A DNA stretch of 64,000 nt. Source: Auanema rhodensis (Eukaryota; Animalia; Nematoda). The notes under the pieces were generated by a model. That model did not search any database and had not been told where the DNA came from. It was given only the letters and a program-made list of their open reading frames with translations. The stretch lies in contig CAXKVF010000081.1 in assembly GCA_964057225.1 (NCBI GenBank), forward strand, positions 62,001-126,000, read 5' to 3'. This document shows positions 42,901 through 59,100 of this stretch, piece after piece (position 1 is the stretch's first letter; the number at the start of each line of letters is the position of its first letter). The translations under genes and the position numbers were made by a program.

Positions 42901-44176
42901 AAATTTGTTTTTAGACTAATATGGACATGGGGAATCTAATGTTGAAAACCGCATCTCTTTATCTTTCATGTGAAGCGAGTTACATACCAAGTGCACATCA
43001 CGTGTACATTTAATTAGCATAAATTAAAGTTCACGTAAATTTCAAAGTCATGGTTACCATGAACCAATATCAATAAAAATTTGTTTTTAGACTAATATGG
43101 ACATGGGGAATCAAATTTTGAAAACCGCATCTCTTTATCTTTTACGGGAAGCGAGTTACATACCAAGTGCACATCACGTGTACATTTAATTAGCATAAAT
43201 TAAAGTTCACGTAAATTTCAAAGTCATGGTTACCATGCACCAATATCAATAAAAATTTGTTTTTAGACTAATATGCACATGGGGAATCTAATTTTGAAAA
43301 CCGCATCTCTTTATCTTTCACGTGAAGCGAGTTACATACCAAGTGCACATCACGTGTACATTTAATTAGCATAAATTAAAGTTCACGTAAATTTCAAAGT
43401 CATGGTTACCATGAACCAATATCAATAAAAATTTGTTTTTAGACTAATATGTACATGGGGAATCTAATTTTGAAAACCGCATCTCTTTATCTTTCACGTG
43501 AAGCGAGTTACATACCAAGTGCACATCACGTGTACATTTAATTAGCATAAATTAAAGTTCACGTAAAATTCAAAGTCATGGTTACCATGCACCAATATCA
43601 ATAAAAATTTGTTTTTAGACTAATATGGACATGGGGAATCTAATTTTGAAAACCGCATCTCTTTATCTTTCACGTGAAGCGAGTTACATACCAAGTGCAC
43701 ATCACGTGTACATTTAATTAGCATAAATTAAAGTTCACGTAAATTTCAAAGTCATGGTTACCATGCACCAATATCAATAAAAATTTGTTTTTAGACTAAT
43801 ATGGACATGGGGAATCTAATTTTGAAAACCGCATCTCTTTATCTTTCACGTGAAGCGAGTTACATACCGAGTGCACATCACGTGTACAATTAATTAGCAT
43901 AAATTAAAGTTCACGTAAATTTCAAAGTCATGGTTACCATGAACCAATATCAATAAAAATTTGTTTTTAGACTAATATGGACGTGGGGAATCTAATTTTG
44001 AAAACCGCATCTCTTTATCTTTCACGTGAAGCGAGTTACATACCAAGTGCACATCACGTGTACATTTAATTAGCATAAATTAAAGTTCACGTAAATTTCA
44101 AAGTCATGGTTACCATGCACCAATATCAATAAAAATTTGTTTTTAGACTAATATGGACATGGGGAATCTAATTTTG
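39953..44176. repeat. Tandem duplication of a 12-monomer (2112-bp) block
   Basis: Monomers 228-239 match 240-251 (T96A; A132C+T173G; C25T+T169A; C23T+T27G+G156C; and so on). They differ by T12A in monomer 228 and A159G in monomer 250. Confidence 0.85.
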
Positions 44177-47100
44177 AAAACCGCATCTCTTTATCTTTCA
44201 CGTGAAGCGAGTTACATACCAAGAGCACATCACGTGTACATTTAATTAGCATAAATTAAAGTTCACGTAAATTTCAAAGTCATGGTTACCATGAACCAAT
44301 ATCAATAAAAATTTGTTTTTAGACTAATATGGACATGGGGAATCTAATTTTGAAAACCGCATCTCTTTATCTTTCACGTGAAGCGAGTTACATACCAAGT
44401 GCACATCACGTGTACATTTAATAAGCATAAATTAAAGTTCACGTAAATTTCAAAGTCATGGTTACCATGCACCAATATCAATAAAAATTTTTTTTTAGAC
44501 TAATATGGACATGGGGAATCTAATTTTGAAAACCGCATCTCTTTATCTTTCACGTGAAGCGAGTTACATACCGAGTGCACATCACGTGTACAATTAATTA
44601 GCATAAATTAAAGTTCACGTAAATTTCAAAGTCATGGTTACCATGAACCAATATCAATAAAAATTTGTTTTTAGACTAATATGGACATGGGGAATCTAAT
44701 TTTGAAAACCGCATCTCTTTATCTTTCACGTGAAGCGAGTTACATACCAAGTGCACATCACGTGTACATTTAATAAGCATAAATTAAAGTTCACGTAAAT
44801 TTCAAAGTCATGGTTACCATGCACCAATATCAATAAAAATTTGTTTTTAGACTAATATGGACATGGGGAATCTAATTTTGAAAACCGCATCTCTTTATCT
44901 TTCACGTGAAGCGAGTTACATACCAAGTGCACATCACGTGTACATTTAATTAGCATAAATTAAAGTTCACGTAAATTTCAAAGTCATGGTTACCATGAAC
45001 CAATATCAATGAAAATTTGTTTTTAGACTAATATGGACATGGGGAATCAAATTTTGAAAACCGCATCTCTTTATCTTTCACGTGAAGCAAGTTACATACC
45101 AAGTGCACATCACGTGTACATTTAATTAGCATAAATTAAAGTTCACGTAAATTTCAAAGTCATGGTTACCATGCACCAATATCAATAAAAAATTGTTTTT
45201 AGACTAATATGGACATGGGGAATCTAATTTTGAAAACCGCATCTCTTTATCTTTCACGTGAAGCGAGTTACATACCGAGTGCACATCACGTGTACAATTA
45301 ATTAGCATAAATTAAAGTTCACGTAAATTTCAAAGTCATGGTTACCATGAACCAATATCAATAAAAATTTGTTTTTAGACTAATATGGACATGGGGAATC
45401 AAATTTTGAAAACCGCATCTCTTTATCTTTCACGTGAAGCGAGTTACATACCAAGTGCACATCACGTGTACATTTAATTAGCATAAATTAAAGTTCACGT
45501 AAATTTCAAAGTCATGGTTACCATGCACCAATATCAATAAAAATTTGTTTTTAGACTAATATGCACATGGGGAATCTAATTTTGAAAACCGCATCTCTTT
45601 ATCTTTCACGTGAAGCGAGTTACATACCAAGTGCACATCACGTGTACATTTAATTAGCATAAATTAAAGTTCACGTAAATTTCAAAGTCATGGTTACCAT
45701 GAACCAATATCAATAAAAATTTGTTTTTAGACTAATATGTACATGGGGAATCTAATTTTGAAAACCGCATCTCTTTATCTTTCACGTGAAGCGAGTTACA
45801 TACCAAGTGCACATCACGTGTACATTTAATTAGCATAAATTAAAGTTCACGTAAATTTCAAAGTCATGGTTACCATGCACCAATATCAATAAAAATTTGT
45901 TTTTAGACTAATATGGACATGGGGAATCTAATGTTGAAAACCGCATCTCTTTATCTTTCACGTGAAGCGAGTTACATACCGAGTGCACATCACGTGTACA
46001 ATTAATTAGCATAAATTAAAGTTCACGTAAATTTCAAAGTCATGGTTACCATGAACCAATATCAATAAAAATTTGTTTTTAGACTAATATGGACATGGGG
46101 AATCTAATTTTGAAAACCGCATCTCTTCATCTTTCACGTGAAGCGAGTTACATACCAAGTGCACATCACGTGTACATTTAATAAGCATAAATTAAAGTTC
46201 ACGTAAATTTCAAAGTCATGGTTACCATGCACCAATATCAATAAAAATTTGTTTTTAGACTAATATGGACATGGGGAATCTAATTTTGAAAACCGCATCT
46301 CTTTATCTTTCACGTGAAGCGAGTTACATACCAAGTGCACATCACGTGTACATTTAATTAGCATAAATTAAAGTTCACGTAAATTTCAAAGTCATGGTTA
46401 CCATGAACCAATATCAATGAAAATTTGTTTTTAGACTAATATGGACATGGGGAATCAAATTTTGAAAACCGCATCTCTTTATCTTTCACGTGAAGCAAGT
46501 TACATACCAAGTGCACATCACGTGTACATTTAATTAGCATAAATTAAAGTTCACGTAAATTTCAAAGTCATGGTTACCATGCACCAATATCAATAAAAAA
46601 TTGTTTTTAGACTAATATGGACATGGGGAATCTAATTTTGAAAACCGCATCTCTTTATCTTTCACGTGAAGCGAGTTACATACCGAGTGCACATCACGTG
46701 TACAATTAATTAGCATAAATTAAAGTTCACGTAAATTTCAAAGTCATGGTTACCATGAACCAATATCAATAAAAATTTGTTTTTAGACTAATATGGACAT
46801 GGGGAATCAAATTTTGAAAACCGCATCTCTTTATCTTTTACGTGAAGCGAGTTACATACCAAGTGCACATCACGTGTACATTTAATTAGCATAAATTAAA
46901 GTTCACGTAAATTTCAAAGTCATGGTTACCATGCACCAATATCAATAAAAATTTGTTTTTAGACTAATATGCACATGGGGAATCTAATTTTGAAAACCGC
47001 ATCTCTTTATCTTTCACGTGAAGCGAGTTACATACCAAGTGCACATCACGTGTACATTTAATTAGCATAAATTAAAGTTCACGTAAATTTCAAAGTCATG

Positions 47101-50100
47101 GTTACCATGAACCAATATCAATAAAAATTTGTTTTTAGACTAATATGGACATGGGGAATCAAATTTTGAAAACCGCATCTCTTTATCTTTTACGTGAAGC
47201 AAGTTACATACCAAGTGCACATCACGTGTACATTTAATTAGCATAAATTAAAGTTCACGTAAATTTCAAAGTCATGGTTACCATGCACCAATATCAATAA
47301 AAATTTGTTTTTAGACTAATATGCACATGGGGAATCTAATTTTGAAAACCGCATCTCTTTATCTTTCACGTGAAGCGAGTTACATACCAAGTGCACATCA
47401 CGTGTACATTTAATTAGCATAAATTAAAGTTCACGTAAATTTCAAAGTCATGGTTACCATGAACCAATATCAATAAAAATTTGTTTTTAGACTAATATGG
47501 ACATGGGGAATCAAATTTTGAATACCGCATCTCTTTATCTTTTACGTGAAGCGAGTTACATACCAAGTGCACATCACGTGTACATTTAATTAGCATAAAT
47601 TAAAGTTCACGTAAATTTCAAAGTCATGGTTACCATGAACCAATATCAATAAAAATTTGTTTTTAGACTAATATGGACATGGGGAATCAAATTTTGAATA
47701 CCGCATCTCTTTATCTTTTACGTGAAGCGAGTTACATACCAAGTGCACATCACGTGTACATTTAATTAGCATAAATTAAAGTTCACGTAAATTTCAAAGT
47801 CATGGTTACCATGAACCAATATCAATAAAAATTTGTTTTTAGACTAATATGGACATGGGGAATCAAATTTTGAATACCGCATCTCTTTATCTTTTACGTG
47901 AAGCGAGTTACATACCAAGTGCACATCACGTGTACATTTAATTAGCATAAATTAAAGTTCACGTAAATTTCAAAGTCATGGTTACCATGAACCAATATCA
48001 ATAAAAATTTGTTTTTAGACTAATATGGACATGGGGAATCAAATTTTGAAAACCGCATCTCTTTATCTTTCACGTGAAGCGAGTTACATACCAAGTGCAC
48101 ATCACGTGTACATTTAATTAGCATAAATTAAAGTTCACGTAAATTTCAAAGTCATGGTTACCATGCACCAATATCAATAAAAATCTGTTTTTAGACTAAT
48201 ATGGACATGGGGAATCTAATTTTGAAAACCGCATCTCTTTATCTTTCACGTGAAGCGAGTTACATACCAAGTGCACATCACGTGTACATTTAATTAGCAT
48301 AAATTAAAGTTCACGTAAATTTCAAAGTCATGGTTACCATGCACCAATATCAATAAAAATTTGTTTTTAGACTAATATGGACATGGGGAATCTAATTTTG
48401 AAAACCGCATCTCTTTATCTTTCACGTGAAGCGAGTTACATATCAAGTGCACATCACGTGTACATTTAATTAGCATAAATTAAAGTTCACGTAAATTTCA
48501 AAGTCATGGTTACCATTAACCAATATCAATAAAAATTTGTTTTTAGACTAATATGGACATGGGGAATCTAATTTTGAAAACCGCATCTCTTTATCTTTCA
48601 AGTGAAGCGAGTTACATACCAAGTGCACATCACGTGTACATTTAATTAGCATAAATTAAAGTTCACGTAAATTTCAAAGTCATGGTTACCATGAACCAAT
48701 ATCAATAAAAATTTGTTTTTAGACTAATATGGACATGGGGAATCTAATTTTGAAAACCGCATCTCTTTATCTTTCACGTGAAGCGAGTTACATACCAAGT
48801 GCACATCACGTGTACATTTAATTAGCATAAATTAAAGTTCACGTAAATTTCAAAGTCATGGTTACCATGCACCAATATCAATAAAAATTTGTTTTTAGAC
48901 TAATATGGACATGGGGAATCTAATTTTGAAAACCGCATCTCTTTATCTTTCACGTGAAGCGAGTTACATATCAAGTGCACATCACGTGTACATTTAATTA
49001 GCATAAATTAAAGTTCACGTAAATTTCAAAGTCATGGTTACCATTAACCAATATCAATAAAAATTTGTTTTTAGACTAATATGGACATGGGGAATCTAAT
49101 TTTGAAAACCGCATCTCTTTATCTTTCAAGTGAAGCGAGTTACATACCAAGTGCACATCACGTGTACATTTAATTAGCATAAATTAAAGTTCACGTAAAT
49201 TTCAAAGTCATGGTTACCATGCACCAATATCAATAAAAATTTGTTTTTAGACTAATATGGACATGGGGAATCTAATTTTGAAAACCGCATCTCTTTATCT
49301 TTCACGTGAAGCGAGTTACATACCAAGTGCACATCACGTGTACATTTAATTAGCATAAATTAAAGTTCACGTAAATTTCAAAGTCATGGTTACCATGCAC
49401 CAATATCAATAAAAATTTGTTTTTAGACTAATATGGACATGGGGAATCTAATTTTGAAAACCGCATCTCTTTATCTTTCACGTGAAGCGAGTTACATACC
49501 AAGAGCACATCACGTGTACATTTAATTAGCATAAATTAAAGTTCACGTAAATTTCAAAGTCATGGTTACCATGAACCAATATCAATAAAAATTTGTTTTT
49601 AGACTAATATGTACATGGGGAATCTAATTTTGAAAACCGCATCTCTTTATCTTTCACGTGAAGCGAGTTACATACCAAGTGCACATCACGTGTACATTTA
49701 ATTAGCATAAATTAAAGTTCACGTAAATTTCAAAGTCATGGTTACCATGCACCAATATCAATAAAAATTTGTTTTTAGACTAATATGTACATGGGGAATC
49801 TAATTTTGAAAACCGCATCTCTTTATCTTTCACGTGAAGCGAGTTACATACCAAGTGCACATCACGTGTACATTTAATTAGCATAAATTAAAGTTCACGT
49901 AAATTTCAAAGTCATGGTTACCATGCACCAATATCAATAAAAATTTGTTTTTAGACTAATATGGACATGGGGAATCTAATTTTGAAAACCGCATCTCTTT
50001 ATCTTTCACGTGAAGCGAGTTACATACCAAGTGCACATCACGTGTACATTTAATTAGCATAAATTAAAGTTCACGTAAATTTCAAAGTCATGGTTACCAT

Positions 50101-53100
50101 GAACCAATATCAATAAAAATTTGTTTTTAGACTAATATGGACATGGGGAATCTAATTTTGAAAACCGCATCACTTTATCTTTCACGTGTAGCGAGTTACA
50201 TACCAAGTGCACATCACGTGTACATTTAATTAGCATAAATTAAAGTTCACGTAAATTTCAAAGTCATGGTTACCATGCACCAATATCAATAAAAATTTGT
50301 TTTTAGACTAATATGGACATGGGGAATCTAATTTTGAAAACCGCATCTCTTTATATTTCACGTGAAGCGAGTTACATACCGAGTGCACATCACGTGTACA
50401 TTTAATTAGCATAAATTAAAGTTCACGTAAATTTCAAAGTCATGGTTACCATGAACCAATATCAATAAAAATTTGTTTTTAGACTAATATGGACATGGGG
50501 AATCTAATTTTGAAAACCGCATCTCTTTATCTTTCACGTGAAGCGAGTTACATACCAAGTGCACATCACGTGTACATTTAATTAGCATAAATTAAAGTTC
50601 ACGTAAATTTCAAAGTCATGGTTACCATGAACCAATATCAATAAAAATTTGTTTTTAGACTAATATGGACATGGGGAATCTAATTTTGAAAACCGCATCT
50701 CTTTATCTTCCACGTGAAGCGAGTTATATACCAAGTGCACATCACGTGTACATTTAATTAGCATAAATTAAAGTTCACGTAAATTTCAAAGTCATGGTTA
50801 CCATGAACCAATATCAATAAAAATTTGTTTTTAGACTAATATGTACATGGGGAATCTAATTTTGAAAACCGCATCTCTTTATCTTTCACGTGAAGCGAGT
50901 TACATACCAAGTGCACATCACGTGTACATTTAATTAGCATAAATTAAAGTTCACGTAAATTTCAAAGTCATGGTTACCATGCACCAATATCAATAAAAAT
51001 CTGTTTTTAGACTAATATGGACATGGGGAATCTAATTTTGAAAACCGCATCTCTTTATCTTTCACGTGAAGCGAGTTACATACCAAGTGCACATCACGTG
51101 TACATTTAATTAGCATAAATTAAAGTTCACGTAAATTTCAAAGTCATGGTTACCATGAACCAATATCAATAAAAATTTGTTTTTAGACTAATATGGACAT
51201 GGGGAATCTAATTTTGAAAACCGCATCACTTTATCTTTCACGTGAAGCGAGTTACATACCAAGTGCACATCACGTGTACATTTAATTAGCATAAATTAAA
51301 GTTCACGTAAATTTCAAAGTCATGGTTACCATGCACCAATATCAATAAAAATTTGTTTTTAGACTAATATGGACATGGGGAATCTAATGTTGAAAACCGC
51401 ATCTCTTTATCTTTCACGTGAAGCGAGTTACATACCAAGTGCACATCACGTGTACATTTAATTAGCATAAATTAAAGTTCACGTAAATTTCAAAGTCATG
51501 GTTACCATGAACCAATATCAATAAAAATTTGTTTTTAGACTAATATGGACATGGGGAATCTAATTTTGAAAACCGCATCTCTTTATCTTTCACGTGAAGC
51601 GAGTTACATACCAAGTGCACATCACGTCTACATTTAATTAGCATAAATTAAAGTTCACGTAAATTTCAAAGTCATGGTTACCATGCACCAATATCAATAA
51701 AAATTTGTTTTTAGACTAATATGGACATGGGGAATCAAATTTTGAAAACCGCATCTCTTTATCTTTTACGTGAAGCGAGTTACATACCAAGTGCACATCA
51801 CGTGTACATTTAATTAGCATAAATTAAAGTTCACGTAAATTTCAAAGTCATGGTTACCATGCACCAATATCAATAAAAATTTGTTTTTAGACTAATATGC
51901 ACATGGGGAATCTAATTTTGAAAACCGCATCTCTTTATCTTTCACGTGAAGCGAGTTACATACCAAGTGCACATCACGTGTACATTTAATTAGCATAAAT
52001 TAAAGTTCACGTAAATTTCAAAGTCATGGTTACCATGAACCAATATCAATAAAAATTTGTTTTTAGACTAATATGGACATGGGGAATCAAATTTTGAATA
52101 CCGCATCTCTTTATCTTTTACGTGAAGCGAGTTACATACCAAGTGCACATCACGTGTACATTTAATTAGCATAAATTAAAGTTCACGTAAATTTCAAAGT
52201 CATGGTTACCATGAACCAATATCAATAAAAATTTGTTTTTAGACTAATATGGACATGGGGAATCAAATTTTGAATACCGCATCTCTTTATCTTTTACGTG
52301 AAGCGAGTTACATACCAAGTGCACATCACGTGTACATTTAATTAGCATAAATTAAAGTTCACGTAAATTTCAAAGTCATGGTTACCATGAACCAATATCA
52401 ATAAAAATTTGTTTTTAGACTAATATGGACATGGGGAATCAAATTTTGAATACCGCATCTCTTTATCTTTTACGTGAAGCGAGTTACATACCAAGTGCAC
52501 ATCACGTGTACATTTAATTAGCATAAATTAAAGTTCACGTAAATTTCAAAGTCATGGTTACCATGAACCAATATCAATAAAAATTTGTTTTTAGACTAAT
52601 ATGGACATGGGGAATCAAATTTTGAAAACCGCATCTCTTTATCTTTCACGTGAAGCGAGTTACATACCAAGTGCACATCACGTGTACATTTAATTAGCAT
52701 AAATTAAAGTTCACGTAAATTTCAAAGTCATGGTTACCATGCACCAATATCAATAAAAATCTGTTTTTAGACTAATATGGACATGGGGAATCTAATTTTG
52801 AAAACCGCATCTCTTTATCTTTCACGTGAAGCGAGTTACATACCAAGTGCACATCACGTGTACATTTAATTAGCATAAATTAAAGTTCACGTAAATTTCA
52901 AAGTCATGGTTACCATGCACCAATATCAATAAAAATTTGTTTTTAGACTAATATGGACATGGGGAATCTAATTTTGAAAACCGCATCTCTTTATCTTTCA
53001 CGTGAAGCGAGTTACATATCAAGTGCACATCACGTGTACATTTAATTAGCATAAATTAAAGTTCACGTAAATTTCAAAGTCATGGTTACCATTAACCAAT

Positions 53101-56100
53101 ATCAATAAAAATTTGTTTTTAGACTAATATGGACATGGGGAATCTAATTTTGAAAACCGCATCTCTTTATCTTTCAAGTGAAGCGAGTTACATACCAAGT
53201 GCACATCACGTGTACATTTAATTAGCATAAATTAAAGTTCACGTAAATTTCAAAGTCATGGTTACCATGAACCAATATCAATAAAAATTTGTTTTTAGAC
53301 TAATATGGACATGGGGAATCTAATTTTGAAAACCGCATCTCTTTATCTTTCACGTGAAGCGAGTTACATACCAAGTGCACATCACGTGTACATTTAATTA
53401 GCATAAATTAAAGTTCACGTAAATTTCAAAGTCATGGTTACCATGCACCAATATCAATAAAAATTTGTTTTTAGACTAATATGGACATGGGGAATCTAAT
53501 TTTGAAAACCGCATCTCTTTATCTTTCACGTGAAGCGAGTTACATATCAAGTGCACATCACGTGTACATTTAATTAGCATAAATTAAAGTTCACGTAAAT
53601 TTCAAAGTCATGGTTACCATTAACCAATATCAATAAAAATTTGTTTTTAGACTAATATGGACATGGGGAATCTAATTTTGAAAACCGCATCTCTTTATCT
53701 TTCAAGTGAAGCGAGTTACATACCAAGTGCACATCACGTGTACATTTAATTAGCATAAATTAAAGTTCACGTAAATTTCAAAGTCATGGTTACCATGCAC
53801 CAATATCAATAAAAATTTGTTTTTAGACTAATATGGACATGGGGAATCTAATTTTGAAAACCGCATCTCTTTATCTTTCACGTGAAGCGAGTTACATACC
53901 AAGTGCACATCACGTGTACATTTAATTAGCATAAATTAAAGTTCACGTAAATTTCAAAGTCATGGTTACCATGCACCAATATCAATAAAAATTTGTTTTT
54001 AGACTAATATGGACATGGGGAATCTAATTTTGAAAACCGCATCTCTTTATCTTTCACGTGAAGCGAGTTACATACCAAGAGCACATCACGTGTACATTTA
54101 ATTAGCATAAATTAAAGTTCACGTAAATTTCAAAGTCATGGTTACCATGAACCAATATCAATAAAAATTTGTTTTTAGACTAATATGTACATGGGGAATC
54201 TAATTTTGAAAACCGCATCTCTTTATCTTTCACGTGAAGCGAGTTACATACCAAGTGCACATCACGTGTACATTTAATTAGCATAAATTAAAGTTCACGT
54301 AAATTTCAAAGTCATGGTTACCATGCACCAATATCAATAAAAATTTGTTTTTAGACTAATATGGACATGGGGAATCTAATTTTGAAAACCGCATCTCTTT
54401 ATCTTTCACGTGAAGCGAGTTACATACCAAGTGCACATCACGTGTACATTTAATTAGCATAAATTAAAGTTCACGTAAATTTCAAAGTCATGGTTACCAT
54501 GAACCAATATCAATAAAAATTTGTTTTTAGACTAATATGGACATGGGGAATCTAATTTTGAAAACCGCATCACTTTATCTTTCACGTGTAGCGAGTTACA
54601 TACCAAGTGCACATCACGTGTACATTTAATTAGCATAAATTAAAGTTCACGTAAATTTCAAAGTCATGGTTACCATGCACCAATATCAATAAAAATTTGT
54701 TTTTAGACTAATATGGACATGGGGAATCTAATTTTGAAAACCGCATCTCTTTATATTTCACGTGAAGCGAGTTACATACCGAGTGCACATCACGTGTACA
54801 TTTAATTAGCATAAATTAAAGTTCACGTAAATTTCAAAGTCATGGTTACCATGAACCAATATCAATAAAAATTTGTTTTTAGACTAATATGGACATGGGG
54901 AATCTAATTTTGAAAACCGCATCTCTTTATCTTTCACGTGAAGCGAGTTACATACCAAGTGCACATCACGTGTACATTTAATTAGCATAAATTAAAGTTC
55001 ACGTAAATTTCAAAGTCATGGTTACCATGAACCAATATCAATAAAAATTTGTTTTTAGACTAATATGGACATGGGGAATCTAATTTTGAAAACCGCATCT
55101 CTTTATCTTCCACGTGAAGCGAGTTATATACCAAGTGCACATCACGTGTACATTTAATTAGCATAAATTAAAGTTCACGTAAATTTCAAAGTCATGGTTA
55201 CCATGAACCAATATCAATAAAAATTTGTTTTTAGACTAATATGTACATGGGGAATCTAATTTTGAAAACCGCATCTCTTTATCTTTCACGTGAAGCGAGT
55301 TACATACCAAGTGCACATCACGTGTACATTTAATTAGCATAAATTAAAGTTCACGTAAATTTCAAAGTCATGGTTACCATGCACCAATATCAATAAAAAT
55401 CTGTTTTTAGACTAATATGGACATGGGGAATCTAATTTTGAAAACCGCATCTCTTTATCTTTCACGTGAAGCGAGTTACATACCAAGTGCACATCACGTG
55501 TACATTTAATTAGCATAAATTAAAGTTCACGTAAATTTCAAAGTCATGGTTACCATGCACCAATATCAATAAAAATTTGTTTTTAGACTAATATGGACAT
55601 GGGGAATCTAATTTTGAAAACCGCATCTCTTTATCTTTCACGTGAAGCGAGTTACATATCAAGTGCACATCACGTGTACATTTAATTAGCATAAATTAAA
55701 GTTCACGTAAATTTCAAAGTCATGGTTACCATTAACCAATATCAATAAAAATTTGTTTTTAGACTAATATGGACATGGGGAATCTAATTTTGAAAACCGC
55801 ATCTCTTTATCTTTCACGTGAAGCGAGTTACATACCAAGTGCACATCACGTGTACATTTAATTAGCATAAATTAAAGTTCACGTAAATTTCAAAGTCATG
55901 GTTACCATGCACCAATATCAATAAAAATTTGTTTTTAGACTAATATGGACATGGGGAATCTAATTTTGAAAACCGCATCTCTTTATCTTTCACGTGAAGC
56001 GAGTTACATACCAAGTGCACATCACGTGCACATTTAATTAGCATAAATTAAAGTTCACGTAAATTTCAAAGTCATGGTTACCATGAACCAATATCAATAA

Positions 56101-59100
56101 AAATTTGTTTTTAGACTAATATGTACATGGGGAATCTAATTTTGAAAACCGCATCTCTTTATCTTTCACGTGAAGCGAGTTACATACCAAGTGCACATCA
56201 CGTGTACAATTAATTAGCATAAATTAAAGTTCACGTAAATTTCAAAGTCATGGTTACCATGAACCAATATCAATAAAAATTTGTTTTTAGACTAATATGG
56301 ACATGGGGAATCTAATTTTGAAAACCGCATTTCTTTATCTTTCACGTGAAGCGAGTTACATACCAAGTGCACATCACGTGTACATTTAATTAGCATAAAT
56401 TAAAGTTCACGTAAATTTCAAAGTCATGGTTACCATGAACCAATATCAATAAAAATTTGTTTTTAGACTAATATGGACATGGGGAATCAAATTTTGAAAA
56501 CCGCTTCTCTTTATCTTTCACGTGAAGCGAGTTACATACCAAGTGCACATCACGTGTACATTTAATTAGCATAAATTAAAGTTCACGTAAATTTCAAAGT
56601 CATGGTTACCATGAACCAATATCAATAAAAATTTGTTTTTAGACTAATATGGACATGGGGAATCTAATTTTGAAAACCGCATCACTTTATCTTTCACGTG
56701 AAGCGAGTTACATACCAAGTGCACATCACGTGTACATTTAATTAGCATAAATTAAAGTTCACGTAAATTTCAAAGTCATGGTTACCATGCACCAATATCA
56801 ATAAAAATTTGTTTTTAGACTAATATGGACATGGGGAATCTAATGTTGAAAACCGCATCTCTTTATCTTTCACGTGAAGCGAGTTACATACCAAGTGCAC
56901 ATCACGTGTACATTTAATTAGCATAAATTAAAGTTCACGTAAATTTCAAAGTCATGGTTACCATGAACCAATATCAATAAAAATTTGTTTTTAGACTAAT
57001 ATGGACATGGGGAATCTAATTTTGAAAACCGCATCTCTTTATCTTTCACGTGAAGCGAGTTACATACCAAGTGCACATCACGTCTACATTTAATTAGCAT
57101 AAATTAAAGTTCACGTAAATTTCAAAGTCATGGTTACCATGCACCAATATCAATAAAAATTTGTTTTTAGACTAATATGGACATGGGGAATCTAATGTTG
57201 AAAACCGCATCTCTTTATCTTTCACGTGAAGCGAGTTACATACCAAGTGCACATCACGTGTACATTTAATTAGCATAAATTAAAGTTCACGTAAATTTCA
57301 AAGTCATGGTTACCATGAACCAATATCAATAAAAATTTGTTTTTAGACTAATATGGACATGGGGAATCAAATTTTGAAAACCGCATCTCTTTATCTTTCA
57401 CGTGAAGCGAGTTACATACCAAGTGCACATCACGTGTACATTTAATTAGCATAAATTAAAGTTCACGTAAATTTCAAAGTCATGGTTACCATGAACCAAT
57501 ATCAATAAAAATTTGTTTTTAGACTAATATGGACATGGGGAATATAATTTTGAAAACCGCATCTCTTTATCTTTCACGTGAAGCGAGTTACATACCAAGT
57601 GCACATCACGTCTACATTTAATTAGCATAAATTAAAGTTCACGTAAATTTCAAAGTCATGGTTACCATGCACCAATATCAATAAAAATTTGTTTTTAGAC
57701 TAATATGGACATGGGGAATCTAATGTTGAAAACCGCATCTCTTTATCTTTCACGTGAAGCGAGTTACATACCAAGTGCACATCACGTGTACATTTAATTA
57801 GCATAAATTAAAGTTCACGTAAATTTCAAAGTCATGGTTACCATGAACCAATATCAATAAAAATTTGTTTTTAGACTAATATGGACATGGGGAATCTAAT
57901 GTTGAAAACCGCATCTCTTTATCTTTCACGTGAAGCGAGTTACATACCAAGTGCACATCACGTGTACATTTAATTAGCATAAATTAAAGTTCACGTAAAT
58001 TTCAAAGTCATGGTTACCATGAACCAATATCAATAAAAATTTGTTTTTAGACTAATATGGACATGGGGAATCAAATTTTGAAAACCGCATCTCTTTATCT
58101 TTCACGTGAAGCGAGTTACATACCAAGTGCACATCACGTGTACATTTAATTAGCATAAATTAAAGTTCACGTAAATTTCAAAGTCATGGTTACCATGCAC
58201 CAATATCAATAAAAATTTGTTTTTAGACTAATATGGACATGGGGAATCTAATGTTAAAAACCGCATCTCTTTATCTTTCACGTGAAGCGAGTTACATACC
58301 AAGTGCACATCACGTGTACATTTAATTAGCATAAATTAAAGTTCACGTAAATTTCGAAGTCATGGTTACCATGCACCAATATCAATAAAAATTTGTTTTT
58401 AGACTAATATGGACATGGGGAATCTAATGTTAAAAACCGCATCTCTTTATCTTTCACGTGAAGCGAGTTACATACCAAGTGCATATCACGTGTACATTTA
58501 ATTAGCATAAATTAAAGTTCACGTAAATTTCAAAGTCATGGTTACCATGCACCAATATCAATAAAAATTTGTTTTTAGACTAATATGGACATGGGGAATC
58601 TAATGTTGAAAACCGCATCTCTTTATCTTTCACGTGAAGCGAGTTACATACCAAGTGCACATCACGTGTACATTTAATTAGCATAAATTAAAGTTCACGT
58701 AAATTTCAAAGTCATGGTTACCATGAACCAATATCAATACAAATTTGTTTTTAGACTAATATGGACATGGGGAATCTAATTTTGAAAACCGCATCACTTT
58801 ATCTTTCACGTGAAGCGAGTTACATACCAAGTGCACATCACGTGTACATTTAATTAGCATAAATTAAAGTTCACGTAAATTTCAAAGTCATGGTTACCAT
58901 GCACCAATATCAATAAAAATTTGTTTTTAGACTAATATGGACATGGGGAATCTAATGTTGAAAACCGCATCTCTTTATCTTTCACGTGAAGCGAGTTACA
59001 TACCAAGTGCACATCACGTGTACATTTAATTAGCATAAATTAAAGTTCACGTAAATTTCAAAGTCATGGTTACCATGAACCAATATCAATACAAATTTGT